The position numbers and the translations under genes are program-made. The notes below the pieces were generated by a model. That model saw only the letters and a list, made by a program, of their open reading frames with translations. It made no database searches and was not told the DNA's origin. A DNA stretch of 40,260 nucleotides from assembly GCA_964452665.1 (NCBI GenBank), contig CAYVNB010000002.1:1-40260 (forward strand). The letters run 5' to 3'. This DNA comes from an uncultured bacterium. Its GTDB lineage: Bacteria; Fidelibacterota; Marinisomatia; Marinisomatales; TCS55. Shown piece after piece: positions 1 to 9,556 of the stretch. How positions within the stretch are numbered: the first letter of the stretch is position 1; each line of letters starts with the position of its first letter.

Positions 1-1331
1 ATTCAGATACATTAGCAGGCCTATACGTTTATGAATGGGATGGGGCTACAGATAACGGATATACCACCAAGTGGCATAGGAATCTAAATTCTGCTCTAAC
101 GGATTCAATAGGTGAAGCGCGGGTTGAACATTTTACTGTTTTTGATATTGATAGTGATGGTAGACAAGAAATCATTTGGGCTAACAATGGTGAATACGGT
201 GCTTTTGATAAGTCATCAGGGATGTCAGGAGATAAATTTGTTATAGCTTCAGTGGAAGGTGACATTGGAGTTCTCCCGCAGCTAAAGCAAGAATTTGCGC
301 ATTCACCTAGATCAATGGGAGGTGTTGGTGGAAGTCCCCAGGGTGCAGCCATTGCAGACACTGATGGTGATGGTAAATGGGAAATGTGGGGTTTTTCCTG
401 GAATAATTTATCTGTTTTTTCCATCGAGGCAACAGGTCCAGATGCCTATACTGTATCAGATACAGGATATAAATTGGCAGCCAGAGATGAATGGACTTTA
501 TCTCCTGCTGTAGCTGATGTAGATAAAGATGGTAAACATGAAGTTTATGTATCAGCCTGGTATGAGGGAATTGTATATGCAATTGCTGATGGTGATGGGG
601 ATGCAACGACTTTTGCTGCTAGTGAAACTGCAGCAATTGATAGTATAGCAACATCATGGGGAACAACTGGTAAAGGAAATGTCTACGCTTATGGTACTTC
701 TGCTAGTAATAATGCCTTTGGAGATCCAGCAGTTTTTGTTGCACATGGTGCTGGGTTTAGAAAATATGATTTCAGTGGAACAAACGTATTAGATGCAGGA
801 AATTGGACCACAACTGATGTTACTGTTGATACATTACAGACAGGTTCTTCAACAAAACTATATGCAGGAGCGAACCTAGATAGAGATAGCTTCGGTGAAG
901 TTATAATTGGTTATCAAAGTGTTAGTGATAGTCTCTATGCTGGAACAGATTCTGCCAAAGCTAATCCACATAGAAGTTTTGTTAGAGTTCTCGAATGGAC
1001 AGGAAAAAGTACTGATTTAAGTGTAAAGGATGTTGTTCTGATTACACCGGATGATTTTAAGTTGAATCAGAATTACCCAAACCCATTTAATCCTACAACC
1101 ACGATAGAATTTAGTTTGCCGATTAACAGCACGGTTTCTATCTCGATCTATAATGTTATGGGCCAGGAAGTGGCAAATATTCTGCCGCTGCAGGACAAGC
1201 CAGCTGGGACATATAAAGTAAATTGGGATGGTTTGGATCGGAGTGGAAATCAGGTGGCAAGCGGGACCTATTTCTACAGCATGCGGTTTGGAAATTTCAC
1301 AAAGACTAAACAAATGACGTTCATGAAGTGA
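1..1331 (+). CDS. FG-GAP/VCBS-like repeat secreted protein with T9SS C-terminal sorting domain (5' partial; codon phase starts at nt 3)
   Basis: The frame is open from nt 3 to the window edge, upstream of the ATG at 222. Repeated Ca-binding-like DxDxDG motifs are present (DIDSDGRQEIIW, DTDGDGKWEMW, DVDKDGKHEVYV). The C-terminus LNQNYPNPFNPTTTIEFSLP...GTYFY is typical of Por/T9SS sorting tails. Confidence 0.75.
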   Translation, partial: SDTLAGLYVYEWDGATDNGYTTKWHRNLNSALTDSIGEARVEHFTVFDIDSDGRQEIIWANNGEYGAFDKSSGMSGDKFVIASVEGDIGVLPQLKQEFAHSPRSMGGVGGSPQGAAIADTDGDGKWEMWGFSWNNLSVFSIEATGPDAYTVSDTGYKLAARDEWTLSPAVADVDKDGKHEVYVSAWYEGIVYAIADGDGDATTFAASETAAIDSIATSWGTTGKGNVYAYGTSASNNAFGDPAVFVAHGAGFRKYDFSGTNVLDAGNWTTTDVTVDTLQTGSSTKLYAGANLDRDSFGEVIIGYQSVSDSLYAGTDSAKANPHRSFVRVLEWTGKSTDLSVKDVVLITPDDFKLNQNYPNPFNPTTTIEFSLPINSTVSISIYNVMGQEVANILPLQDKPAGTYKVNWDGLDRSGNQVASGTYFYSMRFGNFTKTKQMTFMK

Positions 1332-1354
1332 ACGATCCACTTGCGTGAAAAAAA

Positions 1355-1383
1355 GCCCTGCAGTGATGCGGGGCTTTTTTTTT
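1355..1383 (+). terminator. Rho-independent terminator
   Basis: GCCCTGCA-gtga-TGCGGGGC forms an 8-bp stem with one G-T wobble, followed by a run of 9 T. It starts 24 nt after the stop codon at 1331. Confidence 0.8.
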
Positions 1384-1444
1384 ACATTTTTGGAGCTAAT
1401 TATCGGTAGTTTAAAATTAAATAATCTAAATTCAAATAAACCTA

Positions 1445-2743
1445 ATGGTAATTTTTTTTAGATCACTATTTATCCTTGTTTTTTTGGCTTCGGCTAAAGG
1501 CCAGTACATGGATGCGATTGTCCCTGTTCAATTTAAGGATCCGGGACAGGCTTTTCGTTCTAATGATCAATACCAGTTGTCCGGTAATTCTATTGATCTA
1601 AATCAAAGTATTATAATAGAAGGTGGCGCTATCCGCTTTTCAGGCGATACCTCAGCCACCGTATGGGTTCAATTTTTAAGGCCGGATGGACAATGGACCG
1701 ATAAAACTCAAGCCAAAATATTTATTGAACCAAATAGTGACCGATTTATTGCTTCTGTCCTGGATTCAACAATAGGTCAGGTATCTGGTATGCGTTATTC
1801 TGTTGAATCATCAGAATTGGTTCAATTTATTTCAGGAGGGTTCTATGATATAAAGGATCGAGAGCCAACGTCACGTGATTTTACACCAAAATTAAAGACA
1901 AAATCTTTGGTTGTTGATAAACCAAAGATAATCTCCCGAAGTGAATGGGGAGCGAAGGACCCTAAATATAGCTATTCCAATCATCCCTATTTTGATAAGC
2001 TGACACTTCATCATGCAGCAGGGTGGGGTGCTAAAACCTTAGATGAAGGGAAAGCAGCAGTAAAATCCATTCAAGAGTTTCATCAGGATGGTCGGGGGTG
2101 GAGTGATATTGGTTACCATTTTGTGGTTGATATGTCTGGAAACATTTACCAGGGACGCCCAGAGACGGTGCTCGGCGCACATGTGGGTGGTGCCAATACT
2201 GGGAATATAGGTGTCTGTATTTTGGGCTGTTATCATCCGCCCGAAACGAGTATCACCTGCCGGGACGAAATGACCTATAACACAGAAAAATCACTCATAC
2301 ATTTATATGCATGGATTAGTGATACCTATGGGATTCAACCTACGGTGCTAAAGGGACATCGTGATTATTTTGGCACCACATCTTGTCCCGGTGATAATGT
2401 ATGGCCCCTGTTACCACAAATACGTGCGGAAATTGCCCTGTTTATCCAATATGGTGAGCAGCCCACACGTTTTGCATTATTTCAAAATTATCCCAACCCA
2501 TTTAATGCCACAACGACTTTGCACTATGATATACCGGAACCGGCAGATGTAAAGATTGTTATTTATGATATTCTTGGGAGGAGAGTTAAGGAATTGGTGA
2601 ATCAAACTCAATATTATGGTTATAAAAAGATCATATGGGATGGCAAAGATGATATGGGAGTATTAGTCGCTGCTGGGGTTTATTTTTTTAGGGCTGAACT
2701 AGGGCCATTGAGTGAGACGAGGAAGATGGTTTTACTAAAGTAG
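1445..2743 (+). CDS. N-acetylmuramoyl-L-alanine amidase (PGRP/Amidase_2 type) with N-terminal unknown domain and T9SS C-terminal sorting domain
   Basis: It has a signal peptide. Amidase_2 motifs are present: LHHAAGW, GWSDIGYHFVVD..GNIYQGRP, GAHVGGANTGNIGVCILG, GHRDY..TSCPG. The tail is FQNYPNPFNATTTLHYDIPE...GVYFF. Confidence 0.8.
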   Translation: MVIFFRSLFILVFLASAKGQYMDAIVPVQFKDPGQAFRSNDQYQLSGNSIDLNQSIIIEGGAIRFSGDTSATVWVQFLRPDGQWTDKTQAKIFIEPNSDRFIASVLDSTIGQVSGMRYSVESSELVQFISGGFYDIKDREPTSRDFTPKLKTKSLVVDKPKIISRSEWGAKDPKYSYSNHPYFDKLTLHHAAGWGAKTLDEGKAAVKSIQEFHQDGRGWSDIGYHFVVDMSGNIYQGRPETVLGAHVGGANTGNIGVCILGCYHPPETSITCRDEMTYNTEKSLIHLYAWISDTYGIQPTVLKGHRDYFGTTSCPGDNVWPLLPQIRAEIALFIQYGEQPTRFALFQNYPNPFNATTTLHYDIPEPADVKIVIYDILGRRVKELVNQTQYYGYKKIIWDGKDDMGVLVAAGVYFFRAELGPLSETRKMVLLK

Positions 2744-2829
2744 ATATTCTAATTAGTTAAGTCTTGTCGTTAAAACTGCAATACCCTAATGTCCATGGAA
2801 GATAAATTCTTTATAAGGAGGTTAAACGA

Positions 2830-4101
2830 ATGAAATCAATTAAAAGTGCTATAATCATAGGTTTGGTAAGTCTGAGCAGCCTATTGGCTCAGCAGATCAT
2901 CATCCATGCTGGATCATTATTAAATGGGACATCTAAAAAAGCTGTATCTAAACGATCTATTATTGTAGAGAATGGAAAGATTGTAGATGTGGTCAGAGGA
3001 TATAAAAAAGGTGGGGAAATGGATACGGTTATCGATTTAAAGGACGCAACTGTAATGCCGGGCTGGATCGATATGCATGTTCATTTATCCGGTGAATCTA
3101 ACCCAATGGCTTATGGTGAGGATTTCTATATGAATCCTGAAGATGTGGCCTATCGGGCGATTCCGTGGGTAGAAAAAACCTTGATGACGGGTTTTACTAC
3201 GGTTCGAGATGCGGGGGGTGAAATCATGCTATCGACACGAAATGCAATCGACAAGGGGTATATTAAAGGGCCTCGGATTTATTCAGCAGGCCGTTCATTG
3301 GGAACCACAGGTGGCCATGCTGACCCTACGAGTGGTTTGAATCGAGAACTTCGTGGTGATCCTGGTCCCTACGAAGGTGTAATTAATGGAGTTGAGGATG
3401 CTATGAAAGGTGTTCGCCAACGCTATAAAGATGGTTCAGATTTGGTGAAAATCACAGCTACGGGGGGTGTTCTTAGTGTAGCTAAAAATGGTCAAAACCC
3501 TCAATTTACTGAAGAAGAGATTCGAGCTATCGTGGAAACGGCCGCAGATTATGAAATGTTTGTAGCTGCCCATGCCCATGGTAAAGAAGGTATGCAGCGG
3601 GCCATTCGAGCTGGCGTAAGAACCATCGAGCATGGTACACTCATGGATGTAGAAACAGCACGGCTTATGGTTAAGTACGGCACCTATTATGTGCCCACCA
3701 TTAGTGCAGGTGAATTTGTGTATGAAAAAGCCCAAAAGCCCGGATATTTTCCTGAAATCATTCGACCCAAAGCTTTGGCCATTGGCCCAGCAATTAAGAA
3801 TACTGTTACTATGGCGTATAAAGAGGGTGTGAAAATTGCATTTGGCACGGATTCAGGCGTATCTCCCCATGGCGATAATGCAGATGAATTCCGGTTTATG
3901 GTAGAAGCGGGCATGGCACCAATTGATGTAATTAATTCAGCCACTTCTGTGGCTGCTGAAGCGTTGGGCGTTGATGATCTGGGTAAAATTAAAAAAGGAA
4001 TGAAAGCAGATATTGTAGCAGTACCCGGCGATCCATTAAAAGATATCACCATTACGAAAAAAGTCAATTTTGTTATGAAAGGTGGCGTGGTATATAAATA
4101 A
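2830..4101 (+). CDS. Secreted metal-dependent amidohydrolase family protein
   Basis: AAGGAGG lies upstream of the ATG and there is a signal peptide. Amidohydrolase metal ligands are present: DMHVHL (HxH), AHAHG, IEHGT, FGTDSG. Confidence 0.8.
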   Translation: MKSIKSAIIIGLVSLSSLLAQQIIIHAGSLLNGTSKKAVSKRSIIVENGKIVDVVRGYKKGGEMDTVIDLKDATVMPGWIDMHVHLSGESNPMAYGEDFYMNPEDVAYRAIPWVEKTLMTGFTTVRDAGGEIMLSTRNAIDKGYIKGPRIYSAGRSLGTTGGHADPTSGLNRELRGDPGPYEGVINGVEDAMKGVRQRYKDGSDLVKITATGGVLSVAKNGQNPQFTEEEIRAIVETAADYEMFVAAHAHGKEGMQRAIRAGVRTIEHGTLMDVETARLMVKYGTYYVPTISAGEFVYEKAQKPGYFPEIIRPKALAIGPAIKNTVTMAYKEGVKIAFGTDSGVSPHGDNADEFRFMVEAGMAPIDVINSATSVAAEALGVDDLGKIKKGMKADIVAVPGDPLKDITITKKVNFVMKGGVVYK

Positions 4102-4108
4102 AGAAAAA

Positions 4109-4134
4109 GGGGCAGAACATTCTGCCCCTTTTTT
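4109..4134. terminator. Bidirectional intrinsic terminator between convergent genes
   Basis: GGGGCAGA-acat-TCTGCCCC is a perfect 8-bp stem. It is flanked by AAAAA on the left and TTTTTT on the right, so it reads as hairpin plus U-run on both strands. Confidence 0.8.
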
Positions 4135-5311
4135 ATTTCATCAAACTATAAGGCGGGAATCTATTGATAACCGTTCGAAATGGACCGCGAATTTCTTTTG
4201 ATCTGATGCCGGGCGTTTTCTTGAATTCTAGAGCCCAAACCATTTTGAATTCTTCTAGACTGCCCTGATCTAACCCATATTCCCATTCCAGCCACTCTTT
4301 GCAAAATGGCTCACCTTGACAGATGTCAAACTCATTGGTTAGCGTAAGGGATCCGTCCTTTACTTCATAAGTATAGGCCACTTCATATATCCAAGTGCCC
4401 TGACCGATGCCAGGTCCTTCCCCAGCATCGACCCAAACATCATCATAGCGGTATTTCACATAGATTGTATCACCATCTAATTCCCATTCTGCAACCGTCG
4501 AATCGGTGTAGGTTCGATTCCAACCCGAGCCATCATCATAGGGGTCCTCCCAGGTGTAGACCTCTACCCATCGGCCTCCGTCTTCAATATGAATTGCCCA
4601 GGATCCATAATCCCAAGAAGTATCATCTTCATAGCTGAAAATTTTTGTAGGTGTGTTGGCTGGGATTGAAATTCTGGCATGAGCCAATGTGCCTTCAATT
4701 GTTAAGAAATCAATATCTGATACAGAAAAAGTCTGCTCTGGGATATTTAGTGTTTGACCATCAAAAGTAAAATCTATTTGGTCCTGGATCTCAACATAAT
4801 TGCCATCATTAAAATACACCCCCAAATAGTCTGAGTGCCACTCTCCATAGGTGGTGTCATCATTTCCCGTACTATCATCGTACCATATAGTTGTATCCTG
4901 ATACTGCTCAGAATAATTATCCATATAAGCTGAAATTACGGGTTTATTTAAACCATCATGATCATTGAACCAATTATAATTTGTTATAGATACACTGGCT
5001 TCCCCTGAATTTTTGTCTGCCCAGCCATGCATGAATTTGATTTGATCTTCAACCATACCAGATACATTGATAGCACCTTCTCCATCCGCCATCCGATCGA
5101 TGAGTTGTTGATTGGAATTTGTGATGACAACTATTGAATAATTCCAGGCATTTAAACTGTGACCTGCCACATCTTCAACAGATCTGCCTGCAGTATAGCG
5201 GTTTAACGTTTGAGGCATATACCAGGTGCCCACGATCTGATCCTCTAATGATACATCTTTTTCGCAGGAAAGGAGGCCTAAAACAAATAGGGTAAATAAT
5301 AACTTTTTCAT
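4133..5311 (-). CDS. Hypothetical acidic Trp/Asp/Tyr-rich lipoprotein
   Basis: It has a lipoprotein signal MKKLLFTLFVLGLLSC (lipobox LLSC). I recognise no catalytic motif. GTWY and GTWIYEV segments are reminiscent of lipocalin-like folds. Confidence 0.6.
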   Translation of the reverse strand: MKKLLFTLFVLGLLSCEKDVSLEDQIVGTWYMPQTLNRYTAGRSVEDVAGHSLNAWNYSIVVITNSNQQLIDRMADGEGAINVSGMVEDQIKFMHGWADKNSGEASVSITNYNWFNDHDGLNKPVISAYMDNYSEQYQDTTIWYDDSTGNDDTTYGEWHSDYLGVYFNDGNYVEIQDQIDFTFDGQTLNIPEQTFSVSDIDFLTIEGTLAHARISIPANTPTKIFSYEDDTSWDYGSWAIHIEDGGRWVEVYTWEDPYDDGSGWNRTYTDSTVAEWELDGDTIYVKYRYDDVWVDAGEGPGIGQGTWIYEVAYTYEVKDGSLTLTNEFDICQGEPFCKEWLEWEYGLDQGSLEEFKMVWALEFKKTPGIRSKEIRGPFRTVINRFPPYSLMK

Positions 5312-5600
5312 AGGGATAGTCCGAGATTAGAAAATTAGCGAGAAATTACAAATTATTTTTATGGGACGTTGTGATAATTCTCACACTATTTTTTTATTTC
5401 TGGTTCGAGATCAATTTAGAGTCCTTTGGCAATTGGATTAATATAATTGAAAAAATCTATTTCCTCTGCTATTGATTCAATAGCCCATCGAAACAAGCAG
5501 ATATTCACCAGTTTATTTTTGTTCGTTTTAAATGTTTGAGATGGTTTTAAGGCCAAATTTTCCAATCATCCAAAAAAAGGATACGTGCATTTTTTGATAT

Positions 5601-6038
5601 CTATGAATTTCGTATGTGATTGATTAATGCTTTTAATGCTTCAAAGTATCCAGCTTTGCCCTTACCAGATATTTGACCTATACACACATTTTTGATTACA
5701 GATTTCTTTCTAAAATCTTCTCTTTGATTTATATCGCTTATGTGAACTTCAATAACCGGATTTGATATTGAAGAAATTGCATCTCGAAGTGCATACGAAT
5801 AGTGGGTTAATGCCCCTGGGTTAATAATTAACCCATCAAATTCATTAATGGAGGCATGAATCTGGTCAATTAGGTCTCCCTCATGGTTTGATTGAAACCA
5901 TATAACTTCATACCCATCTGACTCTATTTGGGAATTAAGCCATATTTCGATATCTTTTATTGAATCGGTACCATAAATATCGGGTTCCCTTAGGCCTAAT
6001 AGATTAAGGTTAGGGCCATTTAGGACTAATAATTTCAT
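5601..6038 (-). CDS. aroQ: 3-dehydroquinate dehydratase, type II
   Basis: Motifs LNGPNLNLLGLREPDIYG, SNHEG and INPGALTHYS are present, and the length (145 aa) fits. Confidence 0.95.
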   Translation of the reverse strand: MKLLVLNGPNLNLLGLREPDIYGTDSIKDIEIWLNSQIESDGYEVIWFQSNHEGDLIDQIHASINEFDGLIINPGALTHYSYALRDAISSISNPVIEVHISDINQREDFRKKSVIKNVCIGQISGKGKAGYFEALKALINHIRNS

Positions 6039-7105
6039 TGGATCACTTTAAGAGATTGTTTGATTAAATCATCTGTAACTGATTGAGATATTTTACTTAC
6101 ACCAATTTTATCCAAAATAACAAAATTTAGAATACTGTTTCTAACTTTTTTATCTCTTTTCACGAATGATAAAATGGCACTTGAATCAAGTTCGAAAATG
6201 GAATGTAGAGATAATTTTTCAATAGTTTGGATTAAATATTCTTCATCAACTTTATCTAAGGATCCAATTTTGCTTGAGATCCATCCAGCACATTTCATGC
6301 CTAGCGCCACAGCTTCACCATGGCGGATGCCTTCATACTTAAAATGAGCTTCTAGCGCATGACCTATAGTATGACCAAAATTTAATAATCTTCGCAATCC
6401 GTCTTCCCGTTCATCTTTAGAAACTATTTCTGCTTTAATTTCACAGGAACGATTGACAGCTTTTTCAAATGGAAAAGAATCCAAATCATCTAACCAGTGA
6501 GAAATTTGATCAAAAAATTCTCGATCCCAGATAGCACCATATTTTATGACTTCACTCAACCCAGAAATCAGTTCTCGTTTTGGGAGTGTATCTAAAATTT
6601 TAGGATCTATCAATACACCTTTTGGTTGATAAATGGCTCCAACTAGATTTTTTCCTTCAGTAAAATTAATTCCTGTTTTCCCGCCAATCGCAGAATCCAC
6701 CATAGCTAATAGTGTTGTCGGAATTTGATAATACTCTATACCGCGCATAAAAGATGATGCAACAAATCCGCCTACGTCACCAACCACTCCACCACCTATT
6801 GCCAATATAGTGGTGGATCTGTCGCACTTCAATTTGATCATTTGGCTAATTACTCCGCTGAATTCGTCAAGACTCTTTGCAGCTTCACCAATTGGGAGGG
6901 TTAAATAATCGATATCAAAGTCTGAATCTTTTAATTGAGCCATTAGTTCAAATCCAAATAATTCCATTAGCTTGTATTGGGATATAATGACCCATTTTTG
7001 ACCATGATTATTTTTAGACAGAATTGTTGGAAACTCCTGCATAAGCCCCGATTTTACCTGAATCGGGTAAGAGCGATTACCTAGTTCGACTTGAATTGTT
7101 TTCAT
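6035..7105 (-). CDS. aroB: 3-dehydroquinate synthase
   Basis: Motifs GGGVVGDVGGFVAS and HTIGHALE are present. There is a 4-nt overlap with aroQ. Confidence 0.93.
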   Translation of the reverse strand: MKTIQVELGNRSYPIQVKSGLMQEFPTILSKNNHGQKWVIISQYKLMELFGFELMAQLKDSDFDIDYLTLPIGEAAKSLDEFSGVISQMIKLKCDRSTTILAIGGGVVGDVGGFVASSFMRGIEYYQIPTTLLAMVDSAIGGKTGINFTEGKNLVGAIYQPKGVLIDPKILDTLPKRELISGLSEVIKYGAIWDREFFDQISHWLDDLDSFPFEKAVNRSCEIKAEIVSKDEREDGLRRLLNFGHTIGHALEAHFKYEGIRHGEAVALGMKCAGWISSKIGSLDKVDEEYLIQTIEKLSLHSIFELDSSAILSFVKRDKKVRNSILNFVILDKIGVSKISQSVTDDLIKQSLKVIQ

Positions 7106-7596
7106 GAGTTCAGGTCCAATAAAATCTCATTTGTGATTTGTATGCTGGTTTTTCCATCGGTATCTATTGTCATATCTGCTAACGATAGATATTGAGCTCG
7201 TCTATCTAACCACAATTTAATCAAAGATTCTTTTTCATTATTTTTCGCCAGTAGAGGTCTTTTCCCCGCGCCTTTCAATCGGCGAACTAGTTCGTCAATA
7301 GAAGCTGTTAATAAAATTGTCGTACCATTTACTTTAATGAAATTCCGATTTTCCTCTTTCAATATAATTCCGCCACCACAAGAAACGACTGAAGCTGATA
7401 CTTCCTTCAAGCGCTCTGTTTCTATTTTCCTGAAAGTGGCCTCTCCATCTAACTTAAATATTCCAGAAATAGTTTTTCTTGTACTTTTTTCAATTTCTTT
7501 ATCAAGATCAACAAATGGTATTTTCAATTCATTCGCAAGTAATACTCCAACTGTTGATTTGCCAGTACCCATCATCCCAATTAAAAAAATATTCAT
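7102..7596 (-). CDS. aroK: Shikimate kinase
   Basis: Walker A GMMGTGKSTVG is present, the length is 164 aa, and there is a 4-nt overlap with aroB. Confidence 0.93.
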   Translation of the reverse strand: MNIFLIGMMGTGKSTVGVLLANELKIPFVDLDKEIEKSTRKTISGIFKLDGEATFRKIETERLKEVSASVVSCGGGIILKEENRNFIKVNGTTILLTASIDELVRRLKGAGKRPLLAKNNEKESLIKLWLDRRAQYLSLADMTIDTDGKTSIQITNEILLDLNS

Positions 7597-8756
7597 TAAT
7601 ATTTTGCAGTAGATTTTATATGGGTTTTGAGTTGTTCTATTGAATCACCACCGAATTTTTCTAGTAAAGCATCAACAAGAACAAAACATAACATACTTTC
7701 TGCGATGATTGATGCAGCGGGTACGGCACAAGAATCAGTCCGTTCTTTATGGGCATCCTTTTCTTCCAATGAATGAATATCCACCGATCGTAAGGGTTTG
7801 ATTAGCGTTGGGATTGGTTTCATGGCCATCCGCAAAACGATGGGTTGGGCATTGCTCATTCCACCTTCGATTCCACCTGCATTATTGGAGTAGCGGGTAA
7901 ACTTCTTACTATCATGACCAATTTCATCATGGACTTCACTACCAAATTTTTCGGCACCACCAAATCCGCTGCCAATTTCTACAGCCTTAAAGGCATTTAT
8001 GCTCATCATCATAGCTGATATACGAGTTTGAAGTTTGCGATCCCATTGGGTGTGTGCACCAAGCCCGTAAGGAAGTCCCTTGGCGATCACTTCAAAAATG
8101 CCACCTACTGAATCACCTGTTTTTTTAGCATCATCAATTTTTTCTGTCATTTTTGTTTCAGCATCTTTATCTAAACATCGAACATGTGATGCATCTGCCA
8201 TTTCACTCAATTGATTTGGTGTAAGATTTTCGGGTATAGGAGTTTCATCTTTTACATCATGGATTTCTATCACGCGGCTGCCAACTTCAATACCTATATC
8301 TTCCAATAATTTTCGGCAAATTGACCCTAGGGCCACACGCATGGTGGTCTCTCTGGCGCTAGATCGTTCGAGCACATTGCGGATATCATCAAACCCATAT
8401 TTTTGGACGCCAGCTAAATCCGCATGACCCGGTCTGGGGAGTGTCACCTTTCGAATGTCATCTTCCACAGGAGTGACAGACATTTTTTTAGTCCAATTTT
8501 CCCAATCCTTATTACGTACAATAAGACCAACAGGTGCGCCAATGGTTTTACCATGACGAACACCACACCAAATCTCAGCATGGTCAGTTTCAATTTTCAT
8601 TCGTCCACCACGACCGTAACCCATTTGACGCCGCTTCAATTGGTGACTAATATAATCTTCTGAAATGTCCAGTTCTGCCGGTATGCCATCTAAGATGCCA
8701 AGCAAGCCTTTTCCATGGGATTCTCCCGCTGTGAGGAATTTAATTCGTGTTAACAT
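7596..8756 (-). CDS. aroC: Chorismate synthase
   Basis: Motifs FLTAGESHGK and RPGHADL are present. A TAATG junction links it to aroK. Confidence 0.95.
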   Translation of the reverse strand: MLTRIKFLTAGESHGKGLLGILDGIPAELDISEDYISHQLKRRQMGYGRGGRMKIETDHAEIWCGVRHGKTIGAPVGLIVRNKDWENWTKKMSVTPVEDDIRKVTLPRPGHADLAGVQKYGFDDIRNVLERSSARETTMRVALGSICRKLLEDIGIEVGSRVIEIHDVKDETPIPENLTPNQLSEMADASHVRCLDKDAETKMTEKIDDAKKTGDSVGGIFEVIAKGLPYGLGAHTQWDRKLQTRISAMMMSINAFKAVEIGSGFGGAEKFGSEVHDEIGHDSKKFTRYSNNAGGIEGGMSNAQPIVLRMAMKPIPTLIKPLRSVDIHSLEEKDAHKERTDSCAVPAASIIAESMLCFVLVDALLEKFGGDSIEQLKTHIKSTAKY

Positions 8757-9556
8757 AATTTTGATTTTAATGCCATTTTAATTGGCTCCATTTTGATTTT
8801 CTCTGAAATTTTTTCTCCAAACCAAATATCAGCAGATGCTAAACCTTGAGCAATAAACATGTCTAATCCACTAACTGTTTTAATATTGGATTTTTTCCCC
8901 TTCTTCAACCATTTTGTTTCAAGGGGGTTGTATATTGTATCGGCTATTATTTGTCCTTTATGAATTTTGATTTTTGGTATGGATTCGATATCAGGCCACA
9001 TACCGATGGGGGTGCAATTGATGATAATTTGGTGATGTTGTGACGTATTAAGTTGTTCAAGTTGCGATGCTTTTATGGAAGATATTTCCCCAATCCATTT
9101 GGTGAACTGGCTTGCTTTTTCAATAGTACGATTCACAACTGTGATTGATTGTACTTTAGCTTGGATGAGCGCATAAGCTACTGCACGTGCTGCACCGCCG
9201 GCACCCAGTATAACACATTTTTTTTCATTTAAATCGATACAATTAATCTCCATAGCTTTGGCAAATCCAATCCAATCGGTATTGAATCCTTTAGATTTAT
9301 GAATACAATTCACAGCACCAATAATTTGAGCAGCATCATCCAATTCTTCCAAAAAGGGAATAATGGACTGTTTGTGAGGCAGAGTGACATTAAACCCGTT
9401 TAAATGGTTTGAATTCATGAATAAATGGATCGAATCATCCTTCACTCGAATTTTTTTATATTCAGCTTTAATATCAAGTTGCCTATAAATCTCACCATGA
9501 AGGGTTGAGCTTAAACTATGGGCAATCGGATCACCAATAACAGCAAATCGCTTCAT
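8750..9556 (-). CDS. aroE: Shikimate 5-dehydrogenase
   Basis: Motifs NVTLPHK and the NADP-binding GAGGAARAV are present. Confidence 0.9.
   Translation of the reverse strand: MKRFAVIGDPIAHSLSSTLHGEIYRQLDIKAEYKKIRVKDDSIHLFMNSNHLNGFNVTLPHKQSIIPFLEELDDAAQIIGAVNCIHKSKGFNTDWIGFAKAMEINCIDLNEKKCVILGAGGAARAVAYALIQAKVQSITVVNRTIEKASQFTKWIGEISSIKASQLEQLNTSQHHQIIINCTPIGMWPDIESIPKIKIHKGQIIADTIYNPLETKWLKKGKKSNIKTVSGLDMFIAQGLASADIWFGEKISEKIKMEPIKMALKSKLC

Noticed and set aside
1066-2740. DNA-level similarity between 1066-1110 and 2482-2526 (AATTACCCAAACCCATTTAAT.. versus AATTATCCCAACCCATTTAAT..), considered as a repeat element.
   Set aside because: The similarity is explained by both genes encoding the conserved NYPNPFN core of the T9SS sorting domain. 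It is not a mobile or non-coding repeat.
5540-5600. The A-run/T-run segment AAAAAAAGGATACGTGCATTTTTT immediately downstream of aroQ, considered as an operon terminator.
   Set aside because: The sequence between the runs does not form a stem; only the 4-nt ACGT is self-complementary.
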